A stretch of 62,039 nucleotides of DNA, filler included, from Nemertoderma westbladi (GCA_032718475.1; 3 parts of 3 records of this genome joined end to end with filler, not necessarily neighbours in it); one strand, 5' to 3'; positions 23,880 through 39,100 are shown, counted from the whole stretch's first letter. Translations and numbers: made by a program. Notes: generated by a model from the letters alone, not told the origin.

Positions 23880-24671
23880 CATGTCCCTTTAACAACGCCG
23901 CCACACTTAGGTGGTCTACCTCTACTGATGTACGTTTGTTAATGGCACTATCCCCTAGCGCCCTAATGTGAAGACTTTCCAGAATTTTTCGCCTACGTAA
24001 TTGGTGTTCCCTCCCAACTACCTCCGCTAAATCGAAACTGGGACATGTTCAGTGTCACATGATGTGCTGCCAGGTCCGAGGCTTTAAACCTCCTGTGTCG
24101 TATGTCCCCGTCATGTTGTTTTAATCTTATATCTAAAGAATATTGTGTCTCCCCGATATACGTTTTACCACAATCACAGGGAATCTTATACACCACACCC
24201 CTTGGGTCCCCACGTGGTTTGTGGCCCCTTAACAAAAAAGAACGTAACTTACGTCCCGGTACGTAGTATGTGCCTACCCCGTACAAGGAACACAATTTAT
24301 CTAATGGCTCAGTCAGACCTGTTTCATATGGTAATCCGATTTTTATGTCTACCTTGTCCTTAGGCAGTGCCGGCTGTGGTTGGTCAAAACGTTTGTTTAC
24401 GCGTCTCTTAGTGTTATAAATTATCCTTGTGGGATAACCCTTCCTAAGTAAGAGTGTTATAAATTATCCTTGTGGGATAACCCTTCCTAAGTAAGAGTGT
24501 TATAAATTATCCTTGTGGGATAACCGTTCCTAAGTAAGGTGTTGGTTAACTTATTTTGCGTCTGTTCCCTAGCTACCGGGGTGGAGCAAACACGGTTTGA
24601 TCTGAAAAACAAAGCACTGCAGACACTTTGTTTTATGCGAGGGTGGTGATTCGATGCAAAATTAAGATATC
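23880..24671 (-). mobile_element. Decayed second Penelope-like element (RT C-terminus + GIY-YIG)
   Basis: YLNFASNHHPRIKQSV...LLRNGYP; GVVYKIPCDCGKTYIGET..L..RLKQH. Contains an internal ~43-bp tandem triplication at about 24410-24538. Confidence 0.8.
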
Positions 24672-26588
24672 CAGAGGCGGAAATCCTGGGGGGGAGAGGG
24701 GGACATTGTCCCCCCCACTTTTTAGAATCCATGATAATGTCCCCTCCACATTTAGGTAGCACATGTTTTTTCATTCAGTCCAGATTCCACCAGCGGTTGA
24801 ATTGATCCAATTATCGGTTAAATATCATTATAGCGGTAATTACATGAAACACGGCAACGTTGGTTTATTGCCTCTATGTATACTAGCCTCAATGTGAGCA
24901 GGGCCTCATTACCGCCTAGGCTAACAAGGCCATTATGGCCTCGGCCTTGTGGCCGGCCTAATTATAACATGGGGCCTCGAACAATACAAGAGCTATTTTT
25001 TTTAATAATGATTTTAAAGACATTCTAACCACATTTAGATAGTTAATTTATTTGGAAAACTCGTAAATATTCATTCCAGAACATATATTTATTTAACATG
25101 GGGTGAATCAGTCAGCTAGTAGAGGGACAGAAACAAGTAGAAACATTTTTAAGTTGAGAGTTGTTATATTGGTTGTCTGGCAACTGACGTAGCCGGCTGG
25201 GGATTTGGGATGCCCCATGAGTGGACAGGGCATCCAACTACTGCTAACATACTGTAACTGTTTCCAGTGAAACAAAATATGAGGGCCCTTCGTAGTCAAT
25301 GTGAGAGGCAGCCAAGTTGTAAATATTCATTCCAGAACATGTATTTATTTAACATGGGGTGTATCCATTCAATTCATTAGTAGCGCAGACAAGGAGACAC
25401 ATAGTATATTGAAGGTAAGTTGATTCTATTGGTTGACTGACTAGACCTCTGGTGTATACCATGAGCGCATATATACAATACAAGGGAAGGGATTCTCTCT
25501 AATATTGATAACAAAATGGCACAAAGCAATATACTGTATTAGTGTTATTTTTCCGTGGTTTGCGTTATGGGCGAATTACTCAATAGTATAGTTTAGTATC
25601 GTTATTGGCTTTAATGTTGGCTGTAAAACCCTTAACTATAATGGAGCAATTTAATAAGTCGCTGCAGTCCCGCACTATGACTCTTAAAGGTACCATGGAG
25701 ACAGTCCCTCTGATTGTTAACGAACTGCAGAGGTTGAGAACAGCAGAGGCATTCAGCGCGGTTTTCACTGAAGCTAGTGCGAAGCTAGAGGAATTGGGAT
25801 TAAGTACGCTATCGATTCCAAGAAATAGACGCCCCCCAAGACGTTATACTGGTCCTGCTGAACAATATCAGGCTCTAACTGTAGAGGCGCATTTCCGCAC
25901 CATATACTATGAATTTATCGATAACATACTCTCTGAGTTACATGACCAATTTTTTCCGAACAATGGTAGTATACAAAATTACATCGAGTTGTAGAAATGT
26001 TTAACAACTGGGACAGTTAACCGTGAGATTGTTAGTCAATATCCAGAACTGAGCGGTGACAGCCTTGAACTTGAATTGAAAATGTTCAATCATTCTACCA
26101 AATCCAGTTCCCTAAGTAAAGCTGTGTCATCTTATAAAGCAATGTCAGCAGACGTGAAAAACCTATTTCCTCAAGTATTTCAGTTACTATACTAAGACTA
26201 TTACTAGTTTGCCCAGTATCTTCATGCGAATGTGAGCGGAGCTTTTCCGTCCTGCGCCGATTGAAAACTTGGTTGAGATCTACAATGGCTCAGAAACGCT
26301 TAAACTACTTAGCTGTATGTCATGTGCACACAGACATTTTAGGTCACTGTGACATTGAAAAACTTGTATGTATTTTTACAAAACAATCTGAAATTCGAAA
26401 GAATGTTTTTGGAAACTGATTTATGGTTTTTGTTTGTCATACTGTATAATATACGCACTTACGCATACTCGTTTACTTTGTGGCTCGCCCCACAAAGGTT
26501 ATTTTAGTAAATAAATAAATTAAAGTAAATAAAAAAGTTCCTACTCTTTATGTCCCCCCCCACTCCCAAATACAGATCTCCGCCACTG
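24672..26588 (+). mobile_element. Non-autonomous hAT transposon (retains C-terminal dimerisation region)
   Basis: Termini cagaggcgga / tccgccactg; TSD aagatatc (24664-24671) and aagatat (26589-26595, cut by the gap); ECERSFSVLRRLKTWLRSTMAQKRLNYLAVCHVH. Confidence 0.85.
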
Positions 26589-26595
26589 AAGATAT

Positions 26596-26695
26596 NNNNN
26601 NNNNNNNNNNNNNNNNNNNNNNNNNNNNNNNNNNNNNNNTTAATTAATTAANNNNNNNNNNNNNNNNNNNNNNNNNNNNNNNNNNNNNNNNNNNN
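26596..26695. other. Assembly gap / artificial linker
   Basis: N run with central ttaattaattaa, 100 bp in total. Confidence 0.97.
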
Positions 26696-29600
26696 ATCTG
26701 AAACGGCCGGGCTTTTATTAGATTAGCTTAGCAGTAATCAAAACGGGGAACAATGACTGTCTAGCACAGTCTACTCTAATACTTATATTAGTACTGTATT
26801 ATTAATAGACTGTGGTCTGAGCTAAGGGGGTTAATCTCCTAAATCACTTTGGGATCTAAAAATTATTTTCCGGAAATCACGCAATATTCCACCCAATTAC
26901 CATAGGAAAATGAGATACAGTAACTGCAATATATTTATTATTATTACTATTATTTAACACAGAATTACAGATGAATACTAAAATAGTAAAAATTTGCCTG
27001 TATATACACAAATAAATGGTTGACAAGGGCACCAACTAGTCCACTAAACAGTTTTTTTTTATTAATAATACAAATTGTTAACGGTGCACATTAAGTATGC
27101 AATGCGAGTGCAACAATATAAACATTGATTTAAAAACAATTAAGGTATTAGACTAACTATGCACTGTAAAACAGCTTGTTACACACCAATAATATAATTA
27201 ATCAATATATTTTTGAAAATATTTATAGCGCCATTTAAGACCCATTACAAACCCCTAATTATAATATATCTAGGCGAATTTATTATATTATAATTCACAA
27301 ACAAGAACGTGTCACGTTTACGAGGTACAAGGAAAATGACCAAACAAAAATAGTAACTCAATTTTTTTATTTCCCTTTAGGGGTTCCGTAACGCTTCAAT
27401 AATCAACAACAAACAAAAAATTCTAACAAAACGGGTTTCATCAGCCCAAATGCAAGAAGTAAACAATTTTTATCGAAGTTATAATAATAATTGGAAACCA
27501 AAGGCTTAACTTCTCAACGATTTGCATATCTATAATCTGCGGTTTACAAATTATGCGTTGATCTCTGATAAGCGACACGGGAAATAAGTACTTTAGCTTT
27601 ACATTGAAAGGCGCCAAAAATAATAACCTTTATAGACATACGCAGGCAGTCAGGCACCCACCCACACCCTAGTAAATGCAAAATTTAAATTCAGAATATA
27701 TTTGACGTCAGAACATTTAACGGCTTTCTGCACCCAACATGACAATAGTTTTTAAGTATTACAGAGTTAAACTAGCTAGTAGATAAAATGACCCACTATT
27801 TTACAGTCAACTAGCCAAGTTGCTCTAAAAGTTGCCGACCACGTTGCTTGTAAAGTTGCTGGTAAAGTTGCCACGTGTAAACCGGCCTTTAGACTGGCAT
27901 AACTGAACCAGAAGTCAATCCTTACAACTCAAAATAATATTATTATAGTTACCTAGGTAAACATTAAAGTCGCAAACGATATACTTTATTAATTATTTAT
28001 TTATTTATAAATAATTTATTAATTCAGTACGTCCTACCTACTACAGTTGTGTAGCAGAATGAACATTCCCATTTAATGTTGTGCGTCAGTTAACGTAAAC
28101 ATTTCTAACGACATTCAGCAACCAACCTAAAGCGACGCCATTCGTATATTAATTACACACATTTAAATTTCTCCGCCACATGTATTTTATTTTACAGAGC
28201 TACACTAAAATGACCAAATATGTAATTACTAAAAGGTACTTACAGGAAAAAGTACATACATACATGTCGTACGCCAGGCCCCGCAACTCAACACTTACAC
28301 AGTTTGCAATCACTCATGTGCAGTACATCCGCAATTAATCCTTATAATTCATGCTAACACTAGTAATTAATAATATTATTTAAATATAAAAATAAGCCAT
28401 ACTAACAAATACCATCAAATAAAGAAACCTCAATGATAAACGATATTCATCTATCGATATATATCTTATAAAGAAATATAGGAATATTTGTGAATTGGCA
28501 ATCGATATGCAAAGCCAATCTTGTCTAGAAAACATGTTTGGAAGACTATACTGACACGGTTTAGCGTTTAGAGTCCTCCACTAGTGTTTGATAATATTTT
28601 AGACAGGTAGTAGGTACAGTTGATTCTATTTTTTTTAATTAATCAAACAAAATTTACAATCTATCTAATAATAATCTAAAAGAGATCCCAATTATTGCTA
28701 ACGGTTCATATCATTCAGGCGATAATTGAAATCAATGTCAATATAATCTTCTATGTTTGACAATTTGCATATTATAAGTATTTTACTGCGCAGATGTGAA
28801 GAATACCAGGTTTTCGGGGAATTTTTTATTGGGATTTTATATGAAGAATTTGTATTTTTTTTAATTTCTCCTTATTAAAGAGGGGGGGTGGTGGTAGCCC
28901 CCCCCCCCCCCCCCCCCCTCCCTTAAGGATTGTCTATCTGTGGACTGTGAATTCAACAGGAAATTACATTAATTTTTTTAACATTGTTTAAATGGGTTAC
29001 GGTAAACCGTGCGGTTTAGCGCACAACCACCAGTTGGGTCGTTCACAGTCAGCGGTGTACCGCTGGCCCTGCGGTACTCCGCGAGGTGGACCGTTCCGTT
29101 GGATGTGAACGGGCCTTTACTCCACTATGTGATTGCACTTTTCACCGGGATTCCGGTTTTCGATTTTTCGGGATCGGGATCCCGTTTAAATACTACTAGA
29201 GTAAACTGCAAAGTGAAATATCAGAATAGGTTTGTGTGTGTGTGTGTATAAATATGTGAAACAGCAGTAAGTCTGGTATACTTCACATGGGCCAAGTTTG
29301 AAAAATCCACCCTAATTTTCTCTACGCTTTCGGCATCAAAATCGAAGACACTTTGCATCAACTAGTCAATTTTGCATCAAATTCCTCCGAAATCAATAAC
29401 TCAAATTTTAATACTTGCATCAATATAATAACATACTTCCACGTTCCATTATTTTATATAAAATATTTGAAGGTCGCAATTATTATTTTAATATTTTCTA
29501 GTTTTATTACATATAAAACTGAAGAAAATAATTAAATAATAAATTGATCTGCACACGTACGAATATACACTATACATACAACTTATTATATTGTTTTGTA

Positions 29601-30150
29601 ATTATAATAATATATCTATCTACCCGGTCACTGCAATCTGTCAGTGCTCGACTAACTAAAAAGAAACCAACTAAACTAAGTTGCATTAAATTCGATGGAA
29701 TCATTATGTTTAAGGAAAAATATTGATATCGGAATATTATGATTAAAAAAACTAACAATAAAATAACATGAGACAAGGCAAGTTATGATATTTCCTCTTA
29801 ACTTAAGTTTCTGCACCCAAATAATTTGTCAAAAAGTCTTGGAAATCAAACAGGAAAAATTGTTTAAATTTAAGTGGATCTAAATTGTACAAATAATTCA
29901 GTCCCTCTGATACACGATTGAACTAAAAACTAAATAAATACTAATTAGAGATCATTGCAATAAAGCATATCGCGTCTCCGTTCTCTGAGTAACAAGACCC
30001 AAACACGTCAAACTCCTTCCCCAAACTTTTCTACAGATCATTTCTACATTGAGTTTGACACATAAATCTTTCAATACCCCGTCTATAAACATGACCTAAT
30101 AAACCCGCCTGGCAAATTTTTGAATGGAATTTATATTTATGAAGCGATAA

Positions 30151-31226
30151 ACGGCAGCTCCAAACCCAAACCCAGTATGTCAATTTTTTTCGAAATCTTT
30201 TTTTTTCGATTTTTGGGGTTTTTGAGGGCGTAGAATTCATCTGACTCAGTTTCGAAACCATAGCACTTACCGATTTCGCAGTATTAACAATTAATTAATT
30301 AACTAATTAGCTAATTTAGAGCAAATATGTACCACGTCGAAACACAGTAATGCTAGTTACTGGGTTTCGTGCATCCTTTCTGGTGTTATTTTGAAAAAGT
30401 TACTCCATCAAAACCCAGTATGTGCTCAAAAATCCCAAGATCCTACGCCAAAACCCAGTAACTGCACTTACTGGGTTTCGAGCAAAATTCTTTACTGGGT
30501 TTTCACATGGTATTTTCTGAACAAAATCGAGTATCGTTTCCGAAAGACAAATTGTCCAAGTCAAAACCCAGTATGTATATTGTCAATGTCAGATTTACCA
30601 CGTCAAAACCCAGTAAACAGAGTTACTGGGTTTCTAGCAGTTTGAGATACTGGGTTTTGACGTGGGATTTCCCGAATGCAGATACTATGCCAAACCAAAA
30701 CCCAGTAACTCCGGCAACGCAACAGACGTAGACAAATAATGAAATGTTCTAGAATATTATATTCTAGAATGTTGCCTCTTTGTTTTCGCTAACCGTTGGC
30801 GAAGGAAGTCACAGAGTTACTGGGTTTTGGCTAAGGGACTTGTCAGTTACTTGGTTTTGGCATGGGAAAGGTAACTGATTGGAAAAGTTAAATCTTAGTT
30901 TACTGGGTTTTGGTGTGGGAAAATTAGTTACTGTGTTTTGAAATGGGAATCATGACGTTACTGGGTATTGATGCATCAAAAATCACAATTGTTTTCTTTT
31001 CTACCTACCAAAACCGTGTAAGTCGATTTATAAGAAAAGTAAGGAATAAATTTAAAAAAAAGTTTTGGCACTAATTATATGTACAATTTATAAAGGTACA
31101 CAAAATTATAACTCGTCAAATTAAATTTCAACCAAATGCCAACTGTTTAAAGTCCAAAAACTTTAAACGAGTTTATCTCGAGAAATCAACAAATGTACTT
31201 ACTGGGTTTAGGTTTGGAGCTGCCGT
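30151..31226. mobile_element. MITE/foldback-like element with ~27-bp TIRs and internal repeated aaaacccagta motifs
   Basis: acggcagctccaaacccaaacccagta / tactgggtttaggtttggagctgccgt; ataa on both flanks. Confidence 0.75.
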
Positions 31227-32440
31227 ATAACATGTGAAATTTTATTATATTTGCAAATTTGAAATCAGTTTTTCATTAAGTTGCCTCGTTCGCGAGGTAA
31301 TCAAATATCAACAATAATTAAGATAATTTTTGCGATATTCGGAAGTAGCACCAAAACATTATGATTGTAGAATTATGTAATTATGTCCTCAGACATTTTT
31401 ATATAAACTTTTTTGAATTTTTCGTTTCATAAGTTGTAAAAAATAAAACGGCAACAAATGGCGTGATTTTGTAATAGATCAATAATTCTAACCTACAAAT
31501 CAATTTATTCAAAAGTATTCCATATCTTTTAATGTGCGCTCTCTGTACTTATATACTTACTTCGTCAATCTTCCATCGATCTTTAGTAAGGTATTGTTAG
31601 AGTTAATCCGATAAATATTTCTCAAAACATTTACAATATTTCTAATTTTGTTTGGATTTGGCATTTTATTATTTTTGTTATTTTGTAATCTTGTAGCAAA
31701 AGGCGGTGCTGCACCAAAAACAAAAAGTTATGGATTCAAGTTACAAATGTTAACATAACTCGCGAACGAAACGACTTATGAAGAAACTAATACATATTCG
31801 GAATCAGAATAAAATTGCATCGGTCAAAAAAACGCACCATGAAATGTATTTTAGTTGGATACTTTAGTAGTTGCAGAATAGGTTTGTATTGTGGTGATTT
31901 ATTGCGTGTTGTGGTGGTGACGACATTTAATTACTTGACCACGGGAAAGAAAATAACCCCAACTCCCAGAAGAACCCTGAGAACGGAAAAATACGCGATA
32001 TACATGATAAAAAAAGACCACTTATTAATTACCTGTCGTAACTGGCACTTGAGTTAAGCGTACATAAGTGTGCAGTTATTTTATGTACAGTTTGTTGTGC
32101 AGTCCAGTGTGCAAATAATATCACTGAACATCATCTACAATCTACACAAAATATTTTTACTAAAATTGTTGTCAGTATAAAATTAATAGATTGCAATTTT
32201 TTGCAAACAATATTATTATTATAGAAAACTATGTTGAACAATTTGTAAAAATTAACAAGAAAAAATTCACAAAGATAAAAGAGTTTCTGACTATAAAAGA
32301 TTTCGCTTAACAATTTTCATAAAAATAATTTTAACATCATTAAAAACACAATATAGAATTTAATAAATTCGGAATCGTAGGGTAAAATTGTGGATAAGAA
32401 TTATCTTAATTAAAAACAAAATAAAACGGACAAACTCTAC

Positions 32441-35400
32441 TTAAATAAGGCGTTCCGGCGGTGGGGGTCTCAAGCAGTTATTGAGTTCGACTCTGGCGTT
32501 GGTTACTTCGTGTCGACTCGGACTATAGGTGCCGCGAGTGGCCCGTTTCTTACGCATATTGAGTACAGCGATAGCGACGACAACCGCGAGCACAACCAAC
32601 AGAATACAAGCCAACACAGACACAATAATAACGGCTTGGTCTAGGCCTCCAGACTGTTTACTGGTCGAGCAGAGCTCCCCCTGGTACTCCTCCGTGCATA
32701 GACACTGGAAGCCGCCGACCGTGTTGCTACAGGTCCCCCCGTTCAGACAGACCGGGTCAACAGACTCGCATTCGTTAACATCCTGGTCGCACTCCTTCCC
32801 TTGGTAGCCGGCCTCACACTCGCACACATAGTCTGTCTCCGTTGACTCGCAGCTGCCGTGTACGCACGGCTCGTTGCTGCAGTGGTTGGTATACTGACAC
32901 CGGGGCCCTGCCCACTCGGCCGGACACTCGCAACTGAATCCGCCAACAGAATTCGCACAAACACCTTCCCGTTCGCACCAATCCGCCGTATCGCATTCGT
33001 TTATGTCCGTGTCGCAGGTATCACCTTCATAATAATCTGTGCACTCACACCTAAAATTATTGACGAGATCTTTACACTCTGCGTCATTGAGACACAAAGA
33101 ATGGTCACAATCGTTTATGTTGATTTCACAGTTTTTACCTTCGAACCCATCCTTACAGAGGCACATGTAGATAACGCCATCTACCGGGTAATCTACGCAT
33201 TCATCCCGTATGTTCTCTTCGACGCAGGGCTGATTGTTTGCACAGTAGACTTTGGCATCGTCACAGGTGATCCCTTGGTAGCCCCACTTGCAGATGCAAC
33301 GGAACGAATAGTCGCCGACGTCTTCGTCGACACATCTCTTGGAATAGGCCGCGTTACACGGCGAATCGTCGCACGTGGCTTGCGTGAGCACGGGAGCGGA
33401 GCAATCGCTCCCGGTAAACTCCTCCGTGCACTCGCAGCTGTACGAACCCAACTCGTTGATGCACCGACCGTTATTGGCGCACGGATGGTGCGTCTCGCAC
33501 TCGTCCACGTCGGTGGCACACACCGGCCCTTTGTACTGCGGGATCCCGTCGCTCTCCGAGCAACTACACGTGAACCCATTAAACTCGTCCGCACACGAAC
33601 CCTCATTGCGACATGGGTTCGGCGAGCAGTCGTCAGTGTCCACCCCGCACGTTGCGCCCTCCCACCCCGCGGAACACTCGCATCGCCACGCGTTCCACAG
33701 ATCTTTGCACTCCCCGTGGCCCTCACAGGTTCCACAGACATCCTTCCCCGCGCACCCAACTTCGACCCGCGAACTCCAACCGAACTTAAACAAACCGTCG
33801 CCGAGGGGAGATGTATCGAATATCGGTAAACTTCTACGGTTAATCCTAAAGTCCCGGATACATCCGGAGTAACGCTCCGACTGAATACCCGGGATGTATC
33901 GGTTCTGAGAAATTGCTTCGTTCTCTGAGTCATCCTTGAGACTCCCCACGTAAATCTTCTCCTTAATAAATTGGTTGAGAGTCAGGAATGGAATTGATTC
34001 ATCAGTAAACTTCTGTTCTACACCATCGATATAAAAAGTTAAGGACTCCGTCGTGGGATTAAATTCTACGGCAATGCTGTGCCACAGACCGTCGCTTACG
34101 CCATCTAGCCGAGACGCTGAAAACTCTTTCACATCCCGTTCTGCTGTAGAACCAACCATCTTCGATAGTAACATCTTTATAACCCCTCCATTTATCCACA
34201 AACTAATGAAATTGTCGGCGCCCGAATCGATTAACATAAGCAATCCGTCAGGAACTCGAGTCCGCAAACCGAAGGAGATTGACGACAACGGGGCGTTGCT
34301 TCCTGTAATCTTCGAATCAAACCGAACAACTATCTGTCCTGAGAGTTCGTTACCTTCCGCACTAAGCAACTGGGTGGACCCGGTACATTCATACGTAGTA
34401 TTGCTATTCGGTCGACACCCCGGACATTGGTCCCCTGCTGGACACGTGTTGATAAAGTCGCAAGTCTCCCCTTCTGGGCATTCAGGGGCGAGAGGCGCGT
34501 TAAGTCTAGAACTTACATTCTGCAATCCTTCTAACGGATTATCAACTTTATCAACATCGTTATTATCCAAAATAAGACTCACATCGCCATTAATAACAGG
34601 GTCCAATATGTATCCGTTTATAGGCACACTCGATCTAATGTTAGATCCTTGCACTACCGAATCACTCGGTAAACCCAAATAAATATCTGTGGACGATTCG
34701 GCTCTGCGTTTGCGTCCAATTGCGTTGTTGCCCTCGTAACTCAAATCTAATTTAACCAAATCCAACAATACTGTGATTAATTCCTCGCCAATATCGATCG
34801 ATAAAAAATGGCGCTCCCTATCGCATGGGTTAATCCCTTGGAAATGAATTTGCCGGGGCGGAATCGATATGCTTTCACCGCGAGTCAGTGACATGCGCAA
34901 AATCCCTCCACCATTCGGTGGCACAACCGGTACCACTTCCATCCAAATCGTCAAAACTCCAGTGGAATCTATATAAAACAGTAAACCTGTTTCTTTTACG
35001 GAAACAAAGAAAAATGAGATACTGGAAAGCACCCCTTCATATTGGAATCTCATAAATGCCGGGTTGGTATCTTCAAAACTCATCGCGGATAATGTATTCG
35101 CGCAGTAGTCACCAACGTATGGTCTGTCGCATCGACACGTGGCTACATTCCATTGGTCCAAACACTCGCCGTTTGCGTTGCAAGTATTATCCTGACAGAC
35201 CTGATTACGAAGGCAACCTGCTTCCAGGTTCAAACCGTCCGAATCATCGTTAATATCCGGCGTCCACAGCTCGCCGTTCATCCGTAGGTCGCGCATACAT
35301 CCTTTGAAGTTGGGAACACTGGAATCGGCGGGGGGCGTCCCGGACTGCCCGAATGTTATCGTGCTGAAACGGATTCCGGACATACCCGATATGTCGATGA

Positions 35401-36134
35401 ATATCGTGCCAATCATATCCCCATTGAATACCAAACGGTTATTTTTTATGTCGACGGACACTGAATGCCAAGCATCATCATTTATTTTAGATTGGTCTGT
35501 AGCTTCTTTAGGAGTTGACCCACCAAACGATAACTTCACCCTTAGAGAGCCATCAACTACTACTACAGAGACCTTAGTGCCGCTATTGGAATCATCAACT
35601 TCCCACAAAACTGCGTTACCTAACGGAGTTTTGAACTGTACACCGATTGAGAGTTCCTCCAGAGGTTGTGCAAACTCGCGAGTAGCTTTGGCTCCTCCAT
35701 TAAACGTGATACTGGTAACCAAATCGCACAACTTACCCGCGTAACCAGAAGGACACTCGCAATAATAATCAATCTCGTTGGTACTTGAGTTATAGAATTC
35801 TTTGCAGGTTCCGCTGTTAGTACATTCAACGCCATTACATTGGACTCCATTAAGGGCCATGGTGCAATCGGGGCCAGCCCACTCCCCGACACATTCGCAG
35901 ATATAACTCTCGTCCGTATTCCGACACACTCCCTCGTGCTGACACGGAGTCTCTAGACATTCGTTAAGGTTGAACGAACAATTCTCGCCGACCCATTGCG
36001 ACGTGCAGTTGCATTCGTAGCTGTCGATGCCGTGGACGCAAGTGGCACCGTGGAGACACGGATCAACGGCACACTCATCGATATCGGTGGCGCACTGCGG
36101 GCCGGAGTAACCGCGGTCGCAGAGACAAACGTAC
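32441..36134 (-). CDS. crb: Crumbs: large last coding exon (EGF repeats, laminin-G domains, TM, cytoplasmic tail); 5' exons not in this contig
   Basis: cbEGF repeats, three LamG-like blocks, TM AVIIVSVLACILLVVLAVVVAIAVL, FERM-binding RATRGTYSPSRHE, C-terminal PPPPERLI. Acceptor ctccatatAG|GTACGTTTG at 36135/36134. Confidence 0.93.
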
Positions 36135-39100
36135 CTATATGGAGGGGGTGGGAGCATACAGATAGACGTACCTATATGGAGGGGATGGGAGCATACAGAT
36201 AGACGTACCTATAGAGGGGATGGGAGCATACAGATAGACGTACCTATAGAGGGGATGGGAGCATACAGATAGACGTACCTATATGGAGGGGATGGGAGCA
36301 TACAGATAGACGTACCTATAGAGGGGATGGGAGCATACAGATAGACGTACCTATAGAGGGGATGGGAGCATACAGATAGACGTACCTATAGAGGGGATGG
36401 GAGCATACAGATAGACGTACCTATAGAGGGGAAGGGAGCATACAGATAGACGTACCTATAGAGGGGGTGGGAGCATACAGATAGACGAACCTATACAGGG
36501 GATGGGAGCATACAGATAGACGTACCTATACAGGGGATGGGAGCATACAGATAGACGTACCTATAGAGGGGATGGGAGCATACAGATAGCCGTACCTATA
36601 GAGGGGATGGGAGCATACAGATAGACGTACCTATAGAGGGGATGGGAGCATACAGATAGACGTACCTATATGGAGGGGGTGGGAGCATCCAGATAGACGT
36701 ACCTATAGAGGGGGTGTGAGCATACAGATAGACGTACCTATATGGAGGGGGTGGGAGCATACAGATAGACGTACCTATACAGGGGATGGGAGCATACAGA
36801 TAGACGTACCTATAGAGGGGATGGGAGCATACAGATAGACGTACCTATAGAGGGGATGGGAGCATACAGATAGACGTACCTATATGGAGGGGGTGGGAGC
36901 ATCCAGATAGACGTACCTATAGAGGGGATGTGAGCATACAGATAGACGTACCTATAGAGGGGATGGGAGCATACAGATAGACGTACCTATAGAGGGGATG
37001 GGAGCATACAGATAGACGTACCTATATGGAGGGGGTGGGAGCATACAGATAGACGTACCTATATGGAGGGGGTGGGAGCATACAGATAGACGTACCTATA
37101 GAGGGGATGGGAGCATACAGATAGACGTACCTATAGAGGGGATGGGAGCATACAGATAGACGTACCTATATGGAGGGGGTGGGAGCATACAGATAGACGT
37201 ACCTATAGAGGGGATGGAAGCATACAGATAGACGTACCTATAGAGGGGATGGGAGCATACAGATAGACGTACCTATATGGAGAGGGTGGGAGCATACAGA
37301 TAGACGTACCTATAGAGGGGATGGGAGCATACAGATAGACGTACCTATGGAGGGGGTGGGAGCATACAGATAGACGTACCTATGGAGGGGGTGGGAGCAT
37401 ACAGATAGACGTACCTATAGAGGGGATGGGAGCATCCAGATAGACGTACCTATATGGAGGGGGTGGGAGCATACAGATAGACGTACCTATAGAGGGGATG
37501 GGAGCATACAGATAGACGTACCTATAGAGGGGATGGGAGCATACAGATAGACGTACCTATAGAGGGGATGGGAGCATACAGATAGACGTACCTATAGAGG
37601 GGATGGGAGCATACAGATAGACGTACCTATAGAGGGGATGGGAGCATACAGATAGACGTACCTATAGAGGGGATGGGAGCATCCAGATAGACGTACCTAT
37701 ATGGAGGGGGTGGGAGCATACAGATAGACGTACCTATAGAGGGGATGGGAGCATACAGATAGACGTACCTATAGAGGGGATGGGAGCATACAGATAGACG
37801 TACCTATAGAGGGGATGGGAGCATACAGATAGACGTACCTATAGAGGGGATGGGAGCATACAGATAGACGTACCTATAGAGGGGATGGGAGCATACAGAT
37901 AGACGTACCTATAGAGGGGATGGGAGCATACAGATAGACGTACCTATATGGAGGGGGTGGGAGCATACAGATAGACGTACCTATAGAGGGGATGGGAGCA
38001 TACAGATAGACGTACCTATAGAGGGGATGGGAGCATACAGATAGACGTACCTATAGAGGGGATGGGAGCATACAGATAGACGTACCTATATGGAGGGGGT
38101 GGGAGCATACAGATAGACGTACCTATAGAGGGGGTGGGAGCATACAGATAGACGTACCTATAGAGGGGATGGGAGCATACAGATAGACGTACCTATAGAG
38201 GGGATGGGAGCATACAGATAGACGTACCTATAGAGGGGATGGGAGCATACAGATAGACGTACCTATAGAGGGGATGGGAGCATACAGATACACGTACCTA
38301 TAGAGGGGGTGGGAGCATACAGATAGACGTACCTATAGAGGGGATGGGAGCATACAGATAGACGTACCTATAGAGGGGATGGGAGCATCCAGATAGACGT
38401 ACCTATATGGAGGGGATGGGAGCATACAGATAGACGTACCTATAGAGGGGATGGGAGCATACAGATAGACGTACCTATAGAGGGGATGGGAGCATACAGA
38501 TAGACGTACCTATAGAGGGGATGGGAGCATACAGATAGACGTACCTATATGGAGGGGGTGGGAGCATACAGATAGACGTACCTATAGAGGGGATGGGAGC
38601 ATACAGATAGACGTACCTATACAGGGGGTGGGAGCATACAGATAGACGTACCTATAGAGGGGATGGGAGCATACAGATAGACGTACCTATATGGAGGGGG
38701 TGGGAGCATACAGATAGACGTACCTATACAGGGGGTGGGAGCATACAGATAGACGTACCTATAGAGGGGATGGGAGCATACAGATAGACGTACCTATAGA
38801 GGGGATGGGAGCATCCAGATAGACGTACCTATATGGAGGGGGTGGGAGCATACAGATAGACGTACCTATAGAGGGGATGGGAGCATACAGATAGACGTAC
38901 CTATATGGAGGGGGTGGGAGCATACAGATAGACGTACCTATACAGGGGGTGGGAGCATACAGATAGACGAACCTATAGAGGGGATGGGAGCATACAGATA
39001 GACGTACCTATAGAGGGGATGGGAGCATACAGATAGACGTACCTATAGAGGGGGTGGGAGCATACAGATACACGTACCTATAGAGGGGGTGGGAGCATAC

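Noticed and set aside
26640-26651. ttaattaattaa palindrome within N runs (also 45711-45722)
   Set aside because: Artificial six-frame stop linker from scaffolding, not biological.
36135-36157. ATG start of the 1238-aa Crumbs ORF
   Set aside because: MLPPPPY comes from the repeat/intron, there is no signal peptide, and the protein starts mid-EGF after a splice acceptor.
32529-36202. Antisense and alternate-frame ORFs over Crumbs (and over the CDK at 51149-52700)
   Set aside because: Shadow ORFs of GC-rich coding sequence.
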